Assembly (NCBI GenBank): GCA_035701745.1
Contig: DASSRO010000088.1
Span: 1-63,667, forward strand
Direction: 5' to 3'
Origin: Candidatus Sulfotelmatobacter sp.
GTDB lineage: Bacteria; Acidobacteriota; Terriglobia; Terriglobales; Acidobacteriaceae
DNA length: 63,667 nt
The translations under genes and the position numbers were made by a program. Shown here one piece after another: positions 26,823-37,450 of this stretch. The notes beneath the pieces are model-generated. The model was not told the DNA's origin. It saw only the letters and a program-made list of their open reading frames with translations, and ran no database searches. Position 1 is the stretch's first letter; every line of letters starts with the position of its first letter.

Positions 26823-27893
26823 TCACTGCTGCCGATCCCTGTGGGTCGAGATCTCCTCTAACATGGCGGCATAAGCAGGCTTTGGCGCATAGAGGCGATC
26901 GAAGGGCAAGGCTGCGCCGCGCGAGCCGTGCGAGTGCGATCCGATCCATGAATATTTGTCGGTGAATCCCCAGGTTTGAATCGCGGTGCAGCCGGGACTC
27001 TGTAGACATGCGCGCACCACGCCGCGATAAGTTTCCGCCTGGCGGCGAAGGTCGTCTTGCTGGGCAGAGCCAGTCGAGTCTACAGGCAGGGAAACGTCGA
27101 GTTCGGTGATGTGAACCTGGACTCCCAGCGCAGTCAGGCGGGCAATGTTCGCGGCGAGCGCCGCGGTGTCGAAGTCGAGGCGCGAAATGTGCAACTGAAG
27201 GCCAACTCCATCGATTGGTACGCCGCGCTGCTTGAAATCCTTCACCATGGCGTAGATGGCGTCAGACTTGCGATTCAGCCCTTCGCCTTCGGCCTCGTTA
27301 TAGAACAGGAGCGCCTGCGGATCGGCGGCGCGGGCCCAGCGAAACGTCTGCTCGATATAGGCCGTGCCTTGATCCGACATTCCGATGCCGGGCTGGTTGT
27401 ACCACGGCGAATCTTTGGGGCGGCCCTTTTCGTCCAGAGCCTCATTCACCACATCCCATGCAAAGACCTGCCCAGCGTAATGTTTCATGACCGTGGCAAT
27501 ATGCTCCTGCAGCAAGGCCGCAATCTGTGCGGGCGTGAAATTGCCCTGCGCCAGCCATTCGGGATTGTTGTGATCCCATACCAGGCAGTGCCCGCGAACT
27601 TTCATGCCGTGTGCCTGGGCGAAGCGGACCACTTCATCGCCGTCGCGAAAATCGAATGCGCCGGCCTTGCGCCGCACGACCCACCATTTCATTACGTCTT
27701 CGGGTTCGACCATGTTGAATTCACGAGCCAGGGTGGCCGAGTACGCGGCCTCGGCGAACATGGATGGGCGGACGGCGGTTCCGATCAGCAAATGAGCGTG
27801 GTCAGCAGCTTGGCGCAATGGCAAAGAGGGTGCCCCCGCAGTTGCGGCGAGAAACGCCAATGCGATGCAGAGTTGACGCGAAGCAGACAGCAT
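26823..27893 (-). CDS. endo-1,4-beta-xylanase, glycoside hydrolase family 10
   Basis: Signal peptide. GH10 catalytic motifs WDVVNEA (acid/base Glu) and ITELDV (nucleophile Glu). Also GHCLVWH-like HCLVWD. Confidence 0.85.
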   Translation of the reverse strand: MLSASRQLCIALAFLAATAGAPSLPLRQAADHAHLLIGTAVRPSMFAEAAYSATLAREFNMVEPEDVMKWWVVRRKAGAFDFRDGDEVVRFAQAHGMKVRGHCLVWDHNNPEWLAQGNFTPAQIAALLQEHIATVMKHYAGQVFAWDVVNEALDEKGRPKDSPWYNQPGIGMSDQGTAYIEQTFRWARAADPQALLFYNEAEGEGLNRKSDAIYAMVKDFKQRGVPIDGVGLQLHISRLDFDTAALAANIARLTALGVQVHITELDVSLPVDSTGSAQQDDLRRQAETYRGVVRACLQSPGCTAIQTWGFTDKYSWIGSHSHGSRGAALPFDRLYAPKPAYAAMLEEISTHRDRQQ

Positions 27894-27931
27894 GTTCCGT
27901 CCTTTAAAGAAAGGCCGAGCGATTCAAGGAT

Positions 27932-28717
27932 TCACTTAACTCCCGGCAGGAATCGCTGTAAAGGACATCCGTCACATTTGGGCTGTGATTTTCTACAATA
28001 ATTTTTGCCGACTCCCACAATCAGACCGTGCATTTCGTTGTAGACCTGCACCAGAGCCGTACGCTCGGCCGTGCTCATGACAGAGGGCGGATGGGCTGCG
28101 CCGCGAAAACCGGCTTCGAGATGCGGCGCGTCCTCTGCTGGCTTGTGCTCCTGCTGGCGAACTGCGGGCTCTAAGGCGCGCTGAAAGAGCCGGCGAATCT
28201 CCTCGTAATTCGCTTTCGCGGGCAGGATTTCGTGCCGCTCAAGGATGCGTCGCGTGTAGGCGTCGACAACGAAGACCGGATGGTTCCCCGCATAGAGCAG
28301 AATCGAATCCGCAGTCTCGGGCCCGATCCCATTCAAGCCGAGCAACTCTTCGCGAAGTTTTTCGGTTGTCTGCGAGAAAAGTTTGTCGAGCGAGCCAGCA
28401 TATTGTGTGTCGAGGTATGCGACGAAGGTCTTGAGCCGGGCGGCTTTCTGCCGGAAATATCCGGACGAACGAATCAGGCGCTGGAGTTTTCGCAGAGGCA
28501 CTTTGCGAATGCCTTCCACGCTCAGAAGGCGTGCATGCCGCAGGTTTGCTAATGCAAGCTCCACGTTTGTCCATGCGGTATTCTGCGTTAAATACGCTCC
28601 CACGATGACTTCGAAGCGAGTTTCCGCAGGCCACCAATGTTGGGCTCCCCACGCGTGAAACAGTGCGCGGTAGTAGCGCAGAATTTGTTCTTCTTTTTCT
28701 AGGCGGGCTCGCGGCAA
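27932..28717 (-). CDS. endonuclease III-like HhH-GPD base-excision repair protein
   Basis: HhH motif LLGLNGIGPETADSILLYA, catalytic Asp in VVDAYTRR, C-terminal Cys cluster (C.....C..C). The start is proposed at TTG 28717, 7 nt after a GAGGAG Shine-Dalgarno. The ORF stays open up to 28912. Confidence 0.7.
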   Translation of the reverse strand: MPRARLEKEEQILRYYRALFHAWGAQHWWPAETRFEVIVGAYLTQNTAWTNVELALANLRHARLLSVEGIRKVPLRKLQRLIRSSGYFRQKAARLKTFVAYLDTQYAGSLDKLFSQTTEKLREELLGLNGIGPETADSILLYAGNHPVFVVDAYTRRILERHEILPAKANYEEIRRLFQRALEPAVRQQEHKPAEDAPHLEAGFRGAAHPPSVMSTAERTALVQVYNEMHGLIVGVGKNYCRKSQPKCDGCPLQRFLPGVK

Positions 28718-29063
28718 GCAGCTACTCCTCAGCTCAAGTCTAGTGTAGGCCCACCGACAGATGGTTAATCCATCCCCAGAAATGATCACAAAACTTACTG
28801 AAGTGCATGTACCTGAGCTGGCAAATAGCTTGGCCGCCTTAAGAAAAGAGGCATTTGGCGCGGAGTTCAGCGAGTAGGACGCCTTTCGCTCCGAATTTCC
28901 CGTGTAGGCCAAGTACCAAAGTAAGTGGTGCGGTAATCGACTTGCGTTGACAATTTATGTCAACGCGAACGAGCCGCTTCTCTCCCGATGAACGGCGGCC
29001 CTTTGCGCTATGCCCGCACAAGTGCGCGGCGTCGTTCCACCCACGTGGATAGGAGATCCGGGT

Positions 29064-30782
29064 ATGTCTCAACGGCTGGGTGACCTTCTCGTCAAAGAGA
29101 AGATCATTACCCCAGAGCAGTTGGAACAAGCGAGCAAGGTTCAGAAGGAACAGAGCTGTCGCCTGGGGTCCGCCCTGGTGAAGCTGGGTTTCCTGACGGA
29201 CGAAGACGTCACCAATTTCCTTTCCCGGCAATACGGCGTTCCGGCCATTAATCTTTCCTACTTCGAAATTGACGCGGCGGTGGTCAAGCTGATTCCGTTT
29301 GAGACCGCCAAGCGCTACCAGATTCTGCCTTTGAGCCGAGTTGGCGCGTCGCTGACCATTGCCATGGTCGACCCGACCAACGTCTTCGCCATGGACGATA
29401 TCAAGTTCATGACCGGCTTCAATATCGAGCCGGTAGTCGCGTCGGAAAGCTCCATCCTGGCAGGCATTGAGAAGGCATACGGCGGCGGGGCCAAAGAAGA
29501 GGACCTTGAGACCGTAATGCAGTCGATGTCGGAGATGAACGAAAGCGACGTCGAACTGCAGGCGGAAGAGCAGCAAATCGAGTTGGCCGAACTGGAGAAA
29601 GCGGCCGACGAAGCGCCGGTCGTCAAACTGGTAAACGTGGTTCTGGGCGATGCGGTGAAGCGGGGCGCCAGCGACATTCACATCGAGCCTTACGAAAAAG
29701 AATTCCGCGTGCGCTTTCGTATTGACGGCGTGTTGCAGTCGATCATGTCGCCGCCGCTGAAGTTGAAGGATGCGATCACGTCACGGCTGAAGATCATGTC
29801 GAAGCTCGACATCAGCGAAAAGCGGCTGCCGCAGGACGGCCGCATCATGCTGAAGATGAATATCGGGGGCCGCAAAAAGCAGCTCGACTTCCGCGTCAGC
29901 ACCCTGCCCACGTTGTGGGGCGAGAAGATCGTGCTGCGGTTGCTGGACAAGGAGAACCTGCGGCTCGACATGACCAAGCTCGGTTTCGAACCCGAGTCGC
30001 TGGTGAAATTCGAGAAAGCTATTTTGAAGCCATACGGCATGGTGCTGGTGACGGGGCCCACGGGATCGGGCAAAACCAACACGCTGTATTCTGCGATCTC
30101 GCGCTTGAACCAGCCCGACACCAACATCATGACCGCGGAAGATCCGGTCGAATTTCAGTTGGGCGGCGTCAACCAGGTGCAGATGAAGGAGCAGATTGGA
30201 TTGAACTTCGCCGCTGCGCTCCGGTCGTTCCTGCGGCAAGATCCCAACATTATTCTGGTGGGCGAGATTCGAGACTTCGAAACCGCAGAAATCGCCATCA
30301 AGGCCGCGCTCACCGGACACCTTGTGCTCTCCACGCTGCACACGAACGGCGCGCCGGAAACTATCACCCGCCTGATGAACATGGGTATTGAACCGTTCCT
30401 GGTGGCGACGTCGGTTCACCTGATTTGCGCCCAGCGCCTGGTGCGGCGTATTTGCAAGGATTGCACCGAGATCGTGGATGTTCCGGGCCAGACGCTGATC
30501 GACGCCGGCTTTACACCCGAGGAGTCCAAGACTGTGAAGATTCAGAAGGGCAAGGGCTGCGGCGTCTGCAACAACACCGGATACAAGGGGCGCTGCGGTT
30601 TGTACGAAGTCATGGAAGTCGACGACGAAATTCGCGAACTGGTTCTGGTTGGCGCCTCCGCCGTCGAGTTGAAGAAGAAAGCCATTGAACGCGGCATGAT
30701 CACGCTGCGCCGCAGCGGATTAATCAAGGTGGCGGCGGGCATGACGACGCTCGAGGAAGTGGCGCGCGAAACGATTCACTGA
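29064..30782 (+). CDS. pilB: type IV pilus assembly ATPase PilB (GspE family)
   Basis: N-terminal MshEN/GSPII domain, Walker A GPTGSGKTN, Asp/His boxes, and a tetracysteine motif CKDC...CGVC. AGGAGA Shine-Dalgarno 7 nt upstream of 29064. Confidence 0.9.
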   Translation: MSQRLGDLLVKEKIITPEQLEQASKVQKEQSCRLGSALVKLGFLTDEDVTNFLSRQYGVPAINLSYFEIDAAVVKLIPFETAKRYQILPLSRVGASLTIAMVDPTNVFAMDDIKFMTGFNIEPVVASESSILAGIEKAYGGGAKEEDLETVMQSMSEMNESDVELQAEEQQIELAELEKAADEAPVVKLVNVVLGDAVKRGASDIHIEPYEKEFRVRFRIDGVLQSIMSPPLKLKDAITSRLKIMSKLDISEKRLPQDGRIMLKMNIGGRKKQLDFRVSTLPTLWGEKIVLRLLDKENLRLDMTKLGFEPESLVKFEKAILKPYGMVLVTGPTGSGKTNTLYSAISRLNQPDTNIMTAEDPVEFQLGGVNQVQMKEQIGLNFAAALRSFLRQDPNIILVGEIRDFETAEIAIKAALTGHLVLSTLHTNGAPETITRLMNMGIEPFLVATSVHLICAQRLVRRICKDCTEIVDVPGQTLIDAGFTPEESKTVKIQKGKGCGVCNNTGYKGRCGLYEVMEVDDEIRELVLVGASAVELKKKAIERGMITLRRSGLIKVAAGMTTLEEVARETIH

Positions 30783-30826
30783 TTTGTTGTGAGAAAGAAC
30801 AGGAAGTTTAAGGAAGGAAACTTGTC

Positions 30827-31963
30827 ATGGGTTTGTCGTTAAGCGATCTACTCAAGAGAATGCTGGAGATGAACGGCAGCGATCTGCACATTACTACGAA
30901 CTCGCCGCCCCAGATCCGCGTGCACGGACACCTGGTGCCGCTCGATCTGCCGCAGATGACGCCTGCCGAGACCAAGCAGCTGGCCTACAGCGTCATGACT
31001 GATTCGCAGAAGCATCGTTTCGAAGAGAGCCTGGAGCTGGACTTCTCTTTCGGATTGAAAGGTCTGGCGCGTTTCCGCGCCAACGTATTTAACCAGCGCG
31101 GCGCGACGGCCGCCGTCTTCCGTGTGATTCCGTTCGAAATCAAATCGTTTAACCAACTCGGCCTGGCGCCGGTGGTGAGTAAATTGTGCGACAAACCTCG
31201 CGGATTGGTGCTGGTTACGGGGCCGACCGGATCGGGCAAGTCGACCACGCTGGCGGCCATGATCGACAAGATCAACAGCGAACGCCACGATCACATTCTC
31301 ACCATTGAAGATCCGATCGAGTTCGTGCACATGAACAAGAACTGCGTGGTCAACCAGCGCGAGCTGCACGCCGACACCAAGAGTTTTACCGACGCCCTGC
31401 GCGCCGCGCTTCGTGAAGATCCCGACGTCGTGCTGATCGGCGAAATGCGCGATCTGGAAACCATCGAATCGGCGCTGCGCATCGCGGAAACCGGGCACTT
31501 GACCTTTGGGACGCTGCACACCAACTCGGCCACTTCGACCATCAACCGTATCATCGACGTGTTTCCGGCGCACCAGCAGCCGCAGATTCGCGCCCAGCTT
31601 TCGCTGGTGCTGGAAGGCATCATGTGCCAAAGCCTGGTGCCGACGGTGAACGGCAAAGGGCGCGCCATGATCATGGAAATTCTGATTCCGAACGCGGCCG
31701 TCCGCAACCTGATCCGCGAAGACAAGATTCACCAGATTTATTCGTCGATGCAGTCGGGACAGGAGAAGTTCGGGATGCAGACGTTTAACCAGTCGCTGGC
31801 GACGGCCTATTTCCAGAAGCAGATCTCGCTGGAAACGGCTATGGCGCGTTCCAGCAATGCCGACGAGTTGCAGGAAATGATTAACCGCGGGGCGAGTCTA
31901 GTGAACCGGCCGACCGCGGCAGGAACCACGATGGCGCGAGGCGCTGCCCCCTCCAAGCACTAG
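30827..31963 (+). CDS. pilT: twitching motility ATPase PilT
   Basis: Walker A GPTGSGKSTT, GHLTFGTLHT, and the AIRNLIRE motif characteristic of PilT. Confidence 0.9.
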   Translation: MGLSLSDLLKRMLEMNGSDLHITTNSPPQIRVHGHLVPLDLPQMTPAETKQLAYSVMTDSQKHRFEESLELDFSFGLKGLARFRANVFNQRGATAAVFRVIPFEIKSFNQLGLAPVVSKLCDKPRGLVLVTGPTGSGKSTTLAAMIDKINSERHDHILTIEDPIEFVHMNKNCVVNQRELHADTKSFTDALRAALREDPDVVLIGEMRDLETIESALRIAETGHLTFGTLHTNSATSTINRIIDVFPAHQQPQIRAQLSLVLEGIMCQSLVPTVNGKGRAMIMEILIPNAAVRNLIREDKIHQIYSSMQSGQEKFGMQTFNQSLATAYFQKQISLETAMARSSNADELQEMINRGASLVNRPTAAGTTMARGAAPSKH

Positions 31964-32035
31964 GGCAGCATGAACAGGAATATGGGAAGTACGGTTTTCA
32001 CCCAGCAGCTACATCAGTCGAGGAGAAGCTAAACC

Positions 32036-33244
32036 ATGCCAGTCTTTACATTTTCCGGCAAGGATGCATCCGGACAGAAGATTTCCGGGGAGCGAATGGC
32101 GTCCAACAAGCAGGCGCTGGCGCAGGCGTTGCGGCGCGAGCGCATCACCCCTGGGGCGATTCGGGAAAAGGGCAAGGAATTCAACATGCCCACGTTTGGC
32201 TCCGGCAAGGTCGGGACCAAAGAAATCGCGATCTTCTTTCGCCAGTTCTCCGTCATGATCGATGCTGGACTGCCTTTGGTGCAGTGTCTGGAAATCCTGG
32301 CGGCAAACCAGGAGAACCAGGCTTTCCAGAAGATTCTGACCGGCGTACGAACCACCGTGGAGGGCGGCGCCACTTTGGCGAACGCTATGCGCGGTTTTCC
32401 GCTGGTCTTCGACGACCTGACGACCAACATGATCGAGGCCGGCGAAACCGGCGGTATTCTCGACATTATTCTGCAGCGTTTGGCCACCTACGTGGAAAAA
32501 GCCGTGCGCCTGAAAGCCGCAGTGAAGTCGGCGCTGATCTACCCGGTGGCTGTGGTCAGCATGGCGGTCTTAATCGTGGGCGCGCTGCTGAAGTGGGTTG
32601 TGCCCATCTTCGCCAATCTGTTCGCCGGACTGGGGGTCAACCTCCCGCTTCCGACCCGCATTGTGATGGGACTGAGCGGATTTGTGCAGACCTTTTGGTG
32701 GGTGTTTATCGTGGTCGTGGTAGGAGTTTTCGTTGGGATCAAACAAATCCGCAAACATCCGCGCGGGCGCTATTACTTCGACAAGTTGCTGCTTTATGTT
32801 CCGGTTGTCGGCTCGCTGCTGCGCAAGATTGCCGTCGGCCGCTTTACCCGGACGTTGGGCACGCTGATCACCTCCGGTGTTCCGATTCTTGAGGGCTTGA
32901 CCATTACCGCCAAGACGTCGGGCAACGCCGTGCTGGAAGAGGCGCTGTTAAAAGTGCGGAAGGCCATCGAAGAAGGGCGCACTATTGTCGATCCGTTGCG
33001 TGAGTGCGGGGTGTTTCCGAACATGGTTACGCAGATGATCGGCGTTGGCGAAGCCACCGGCGCCATGGATTCGATGTTGCAGAAGATCGCCGACTTCTAC
33101 GAAGAGGAAGTCGACGCCGCCACCAAAGACATGCTGGCCATGCTGGAGCCGTTCATCATCGGCGCCCTGGGCATCATGATCGGCGGCATCGTCATTTCGC
33201 TCTACATGCCGTTGTTTGCCATGATCGCGAAGTTGGCGGGCTAG
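32036..33244 (+). CDS. pilC: type IV pilus platform protein PilC (GspF family)
   Basis: 402 aa with two GspF repeats and three TM segments. ...GEATGAMD...L..IADFYE pattern. Confidence 0.9.
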   Translation: MPVFTFSGKDASGQKISGERMASNKQALAQALRRERITPGAIREKGKEFNMPTFGSGKVGTKEIAIFFRQFSVMIDAGLPLVQCLEILAANQENQAFQKILTGVRTTVEGGATLANAMRGFPLVFDDLTTNMIEAGETGGILDIILQRLATYVEKAVRLKAAVKSALIYPVAVVSMAVLIVGALLKWVVPIFANLFAGLGVNLPLPTRIVMGLSGFVQTFWWVFIVVVVGVFVGIKQIRKHPRGRYYFDKLLLYVPVVGSLLRKIAVGRFTRTLGTLITSGVPILEGLTITAKTSGNAVLEEALLKVRKAIEEGRTIVDPLRECGVFPNMVTQMIGVGEATGAMDSMLQKIADFYEEEVDAATKDMLAMLEPFIIGALGIMIGGIVISLYMPLFAMIAKLAG

Positions 33245-33264
33245 AGGCAGGTTTTCAATTAGGG

Positions 33265-33334
33265 CAAGGTTTCAAAGTTTCAAGGAACCAATCTCCGCGA
33301 AACTTTGAGACCTTGCAACCTTACGACCTTCAAA
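33265..33334. repeat. mirror pair of 8-mer arrays (CAARGTTT vs CCTTNMRA) in the pilC-pilS spacer
   Basis: Left arm caaggtttcaaagtttcaagg (33265-33285). Right arm gaaactttgagaccttgcaaccttacgaccttcaaa (33299-33334). The arms are imperfect reverse complements. Confidence 0.8.
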
Positions 33335-33354
33335 TATTGGTTTTTCCGATCTCC

Positions 33355-35046
33355 ATGCAATCGACCTTCGACGAGCGCAATTGGCTGGTATGGCTGGTGC
33401 GGGTGCGGATTCTTATTCTGACGCTCCTGCTCGGCATTGAACTGGCGGTCGCTCAATTCAGCCCGGCGCCGCTGCCCATGCGGCTCTTTCTGAGCACCAT
33501 TCTTTTCTGGTACAGCCTGTCGCTGTTCTACGTGCTTTTGCTTTCCCTGTGGCGCGAGCACCGGCTGCAAGCGTCGCTGCAGGTTCTGACCGACCTGATC
33601 CTGGTCAGCCTGGTAGTTCACGAAACCGGAGGGTGGGACAGCTCACTCAACTTTCTTTACCCGCTGGTGATTATCGTCGCCAGCGTACTACTAACGCGAG
33701 CCTGGGCGCATTTGGTGGCCGCGTTGGCGTTCATCCTTTACGGGACGGTGCTGGAGCTCAGCTACTTCGGGTACATTCCGTCCTACACCGGCTCTCATCC
33801 GGACCTGCGAACACTGCAGGCCATCATTTTTGTCAACTTGTTCGCTTTTCTGGCGGTGGCCTATCTGGCCGGGCTGCTCACCGCAAAATTGCGGCAAGTG
33901 GGCGTAGAGCTGAAGAACACCAGCGGTGCGCTGGAAAGCCTGCAGGCGCTGCACGAGAACATCATCCATTCCATCAGCAGCGGGTTGATCACCACGGGCC
34001 TCGATGGCCGGATCACGCTGGTGAACGGGGCGGCGCAACAGCTTTTGGAGCGTACCGCGGCCGATCTGTTCGGGGCGCGGGTGGACCAGCTGTTTCTCGA
34101 TCCTTTACCCACCGTCGAATCGCACCAGAATCACGGTGAAGTGCGTTTCGACGCTCCCAATAAATATCGCAAGACGGTCCGGGTGCGCGTGGCTACCTTG
34201 ACGGTACCGGAGCGGGGCGAGTTGGGATACGTGTACGTGTTCGACGACCTCACCGAGATTCGGCGCCTGGAGCGGGAAGTGCGGATGCAGGACCGGCTGG
34301 CGGCTGTCGGCCGCCTGGCCGCGGCGATTGCGCATGAAATTCGCAATCCGCTGACTTCCATCGCCGGCTCGGTCAGCATGCTGTCGGGCGTGCCGGAGAT
34401 GAACGAAGATCACCGCCGCCTGCTCGACATCGTCACGCGCGAGTCGCAGCGGTTAAACAGCATTATTACCGACTTTTTGGCGTACTCGCGCACCAAGCAA
34501 TATCACTTCGACAAGGTCGATCTGATCCAGCTAATCCAAGATACGTTGACGCTGATGGAACACCGGATGACCGCCGAGAAAACCGGAATCAGAATCGAGC
34601 GCCATTTTCCGGCGGGAAGCGCTTTGAGCATGGCGGATGGCGACAAGCTCAAACAGGTGTTCTGGAATTTCTGCGAAAACGCGGTGCGCGCCATGAAGGG
34701 GCTGGAGCAGGAACGGCTGCTCACGGTGAGCGTGGAGTCTATAGGAGACGATTGGCAGGTGGGATTCACCGATACCGGATCGGGCATGAGCCCGCAACAG
34801 ATCGAGAAAATTTTCGAGCCCTTCCAGTCGAACTTCGAGGGTGGAACCGGCCTCGGTCTGGCGATCGTGTACCAGATCGTGCAGGCGCATGGGGGCAAAG
34901 TGTGGGCGCGCTCCAAACCGGGGCAGGGAACCACCTTCGTACTGAGGCTGCACCGGTTGGAAGCCGGCCGCGCGCAGCCCGCCGCCGAGACTACGCAGGA
35001 AAGGACAGAAGTGCTGGCTGCAGCCGCAGGGGGTGGACGTGGCTAA
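33355..35046 (+). CDS. pilS: sensor histidine kinase, PilS-like (polytopic N-terminus, PAS, HisKA, HATPase)
   Basis: Six predicted TM helices, a PAS region, H-box AHEIRNPLTSI, and G-boxes DTGSGM and GTGLGLAIV. Start at ATG 33355; the longer ORF from 33004 overlaps pilC and the repeat. The pilS name follows from context with pilR and pilBTC. Confidence 0.7.
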   Translation: MQSTFDERNWLVWLVRVRILILTLLLGIELAVAQFSPAPLPMRLFLSTILFWYSLSLFYVLLLSLWREHRLQASLQVLTDLILVSLVVHETGGWDSSLNFLYPLVIIVASVLLTRAWAHLVAALAFILYGTVLELSYFGYIPSYTGSHPDLRTLQAIIFVNLFAFLAVAYLAGLLTAKLRQVGVELKNTSGALESLQALHENIIHSISSGLITTGLDGRITLVNGAAQQLLERTAADLFGARVDQLFLDPLPTVESHQNHGEVRFDAPNKYRKTVRVRVATLTVPERGELGYVYVFDDLTEIRRLEREVRMQDRLAAVGRLAAAIAHEIRNPLTSIAGSVSMLSGVPEMNEDHRRLLDIVTRESQRLNSIITDFLAYSRTKQYHFDKVDLIQLIQDTLTLMEHRMTAEKTGIRIERHFPAGSALSMADGDKLKQVFWNFCENAVRAMKGLEQERLLTVSVESIGDDWQVGFTDTGSGMSPQQIEKIFEPFQSNFEGGTGLGLAIVYQIVQAHGGKVWARSKPGQGTTFVLRLHRLEAGRAQPAAETTQERTEVLAAAAGGGRG

Positions 35047-36433
35047 CATCCTGGTCTGCGACGACGAACGCTCGATCTGCGAAATGCTCGACATCTCTCT
35101 GCGCCGCGAGGGACACCGCGTCGAGACGGTGCAATCGGGACAACAGGCGAAAAATAAAATCGACGGCGCGCTCTACGACGTGATTATCACCGACATCAAA
35201 ATGCCGACCATTGACGGCATTGAAGTGCTGCGGCACGCCCACAAAGTTTCGCCCGACTCGTCCGTCATCCTGATCACGGCGGTCGACGACTACGCGGCAG
35301 CGGTCGAAGCGGTGAAAGCGGGAGGCGCGACCGACTACATTCGCAAAAGCCCCGGGCTGGTCGACGAGATCAAGCTGGCGATCAATCGCGCGGTGGAGAA
35401 ACTGAATCTCAGCAAACAGAATTTCGCGCTGCGGCGGGACGCGGCCGCCCGCAACTCGCTGGATAACATCATCGGCTCCAGTTCCGCGATGGAGAAGCTT
35501 AAGCAGACGGTGCGGACCGTGGCTTCCACCGCCAGCACGGTGTTGATCCATGGCGAGAGCGGTACTGGAAAAGAACTGGTCGCCCGCGCCGTGCACGTTT
35601 GTTCTCCGCGCGCCACCGACGCCTTCGTTTCCGTGAACTGCGGAGCGTTTCCGGAAACCTTGCTCGAAAGCGAGCTGTTCGGCTATCTCAAAGGCGCGTT
35701 CACCGGAGCGAACCAGAACAAGCGCGGCCTGTTCGAAGTGGCCGACGGGGGAACGATCTTCCTCGACGAAATCAGCGAAATGACGCTGGCCATGCAGGTC
35801 AAGCTGCTGCGGGTGCTGCAGGAGCGGACGATTCGCCCGGTGGGGAGCACGCGCGAGATTGCCATCGATGTGCGCGTAATCGCGGCCACCAACCGCGATC
35901 TCGATAAAGCGGTCGCAGAAAATCTGTTTCGCGAAGATCTCTACTACCGGCTCAACGTGATCCCGATTCGCGTGCCTCCGCTCAGCGAGCGGCGCGAGGA
36001 CATTCCTCTGTTGGTGAATCACTTCCTGAAAAAATACGCCGCCGCCGCGGGACGCAGCATCCTGCGGGTACATGCGCCGTCGCTCGACTCGTTATGCGGC
36101 TACGAGTGGCCGGGAAACGTTCGCCAGCTGGAAAACACGGTCGAACGGGCCGTGGCGCTGGAAACCACGGAAGAATTGCACGTGCAGCTCCCTGCCGAGC
36201 GCCCTAAGGCGCGGGCTGCCGCCGCGTCCGCCGGGGGAGGGACTTTGCCGGAAATCGGCGGCGACCTTACTTTGCCCGAGGGTCTGGGAATGGAAAACTA
36301 CGTGGCGGGCATTGAACGCTCGTTGTTGCAGAGCGCTCTAAATCAGAGTGGGGGCGTCCAGACCAAGGCCGCGGACGTGCTCGGCATCTCCTACCGCTCG
36401 TTCCGGCATTTGATGAAGAAATACAGCCTGTAG
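35033..36433 (+). CDS. pilR: sigma-54-dependent response regulator PilR-like
   Basis: REC domain (ILVCDDE...TDIKMP), [21 protein letters not shown], and C-terminal HTH ([22 protein letters not shown]). It overlaps the kinase gene by 14 nt. Confidence 0.8.
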   Translation: MDVANILVCDDERSICEMLDISLRREGHRVETVQSGQQAKNKIDGALYDVIITDIKMPTIDGIEVLRHAHKVSPDSSVILITAVDDYAAAVEAVKAGGATDYIRKSPGLVDEIKLAINRAVEKLNLSKQNFALRRDAAARNSLDNIIGSSSAMEKLKQTVRTVASTASTVLIHGESGTGKELVARAVHVCSPRATDAFVSVNCGAFPETLLESELFGYLKGAFTGANQNKRGLFEVADGGTIFLDEISEMTLAMQVKLLRVLQERTIRPVGSTREIAIDVRVIAATNRDLDKAVAENLFREDLYYRLNVIPIRVPPLSERREDIPLLVNHFLKKYAAAAGRSILRVHAPSLDSLCGYEWPGNVRQLENTVERAVALETTEELHVQLPAERPKARAAAASAGGGTLPEIGGDLTLPEGLGMENYVAGIERSLLQSALNQSGGVQTKAADVLGISYRSFRHLMKKYSL

Positions 36434-36593
36434 CTCTCAGCTGTCAGCTCTCAGCAATCAGCGAAGGCCTGATCTGTGATTTGTAACTCGCCCAGTCTAA
36501 TCAGACGGCCTTCTGGCGGGACTGCATAGGCCAGGTCAGAAAGCTGATAGCTGACGGCTGAGAGCTGAGATCTGACAGCTGAGAGCTGACAGC
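36434..36593. repeat. mirror pair of heptamer arrays (CTSTCAG vs CTGASAG-like) forming a long imperfect palindrome
   Basis: Left arm 36434-36462, immediately after the pilR stop. Right arm 36543-36593, reaching the stop of the convergent TPR gene. Inner complementarity GAAGGCCTGAT / ATCAGACGGCCTTC extends the stem. Confidence 0.9.
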
Positions 36594-36943
36594 TAGCCTT
36601 TCTTCAACTGCTGCTTCCAGCCCAGCACCCGTGCCTTTGCCCCTTCCGCCTCGGCCTCGGGGATCATCCCTTTCTTCTGGTAGAGCACCGACAAACTGGT
36701 ATGAGCGAGCACGTCGTCTGGATCGATTTCCGCCAGTTTTTGCGCGACCGCGATCGCATCGTCATAGCGTTGCAAGTCCTGCAAAGCTCGCGCCAGCCCG
36801 TGCATGGCTTCGGTGAAGGTTGGATCGGCGGCCAGAGATTCTTGATACGCGGCAACCGCTTTCTCCGTGTGTCCGTCCGCCATCAGGTCGAGCGCGGCAT
36901 AGTAATGGTCTTCAGCTTTTTGGCGGGCGTCCGGATCATGCAT
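36593..36943 (-). CDS. tetratricopeptide repeat protein
   Basis: Three TPR-like units (AVAAYQESLAADPTFTEA..., ALQDLQRYDDAIAVAQKLAEIDPDD..., LSVLYQKKGMIPEAEAE). Start taken at MHDPDARQ (36943). Confidence 0.6.
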   Translation of the reverse strand: MHDPDARQKAEDHYYAALDLMADGHTEKAVAAYQESLAADPTFTEAMHGLARALQDLQRYDDAIAVAQKLAEIDPDDVLAHTSLSVLYQKKGMIPEAEAEGAKARVLGWKQQLKKG

Positions 36944-37001
36944 GCGGGAAGATTCCAAGCAGAAACTGAATTCTAACACTGGGGGCGCAAATGCAGGAAT
37001 T

Positions 37002-37153
37002 CACCACGAAGGACACGAAGTTCCACGAAGGAAAAACGAGGCTGCATCTCGTTCCCGGCTCGGGTTTTCTCCCGCAGCACAAAACCTCAGTTCAACCGCT
37101 GCTCTTACCAACTTTGCCTGGCTTTTCTTTGTGAACCTTCGTGCCCTTCATGG
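37002..37153. repeat. inverted pair of CACGAAG-based short arrays around a ~95-nt core
   Basis: Left arm caccacgaaggacacgaagttccacgaagg (37002-37031). Right arm ctttgtgaaccttcgtgcccttcatgg (37127-37153). The core contains a small hairpin ACGAG-GCTGCAT-CTCGT. Confidence 0.8.
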
Positions 37154-37197
37154 TTCGAGGTTTTCCGAGGGCTTGACCGGGTGGGTATGATGGCTGC

Positions 37198-37431
37198 ATG
37201 CGCTACAAGCTTCGTTTTCTTTGGAACGCGACCAAAGGGCATCGCCTGGCCCCGTGGCGCAGTCCTTACCTGCTATGGCGCATTGAAACTTACACCGGCG
37301 TGAAGATGACGCAGATCGGGTTCGTGGAGTTCTGGGAATTCATGTGGCGGGAGCGCCATCATCTGTGGCGTTTTCTCGGCTGGACCAGCGACATGGAGCG
37401 CTATGTCCATCCCAAGCCGAAGGGTTCGTGA
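37198..37431 (+). CDS. hypothetical Trp-rich small protein
   Basis: 77-aa ORF with eight Trp residues (..LWNATKGHRLAPWRSPYLLWRIETYTG..FWEFMWRERHHLWRFLGW..). Codon usage looks native. No family recognised. Confidence 0.4.
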   Translation: MRYKLRFLWNATKGHRLAPWRSPYLLWRIETYTGVKMTQIGFVEFWEFMWRERHHLWRFLGWTSDMERYVHPKPKGS

Positions 37432-37450
37432 GGCAGTTCGAAGATTCTAG

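Noticed and set aside
33004-33354. N-terminal extensions of ORF-track entries. Examples: 33004 for pilS, 52242-52469 for the acyl-CoA synthetase, 54551-54760 for the PEGA gene, 28718-28912 for nth-like, 14487-14588 for phoH, 7572-7733 for the LMF-like gene.
   Set aside because: The extensions overlap neighbouring genes or repeat elements, are Arg/Pro-rich, and precede internal starts that have good Shine-Dalgarno sequences or signal peptides.
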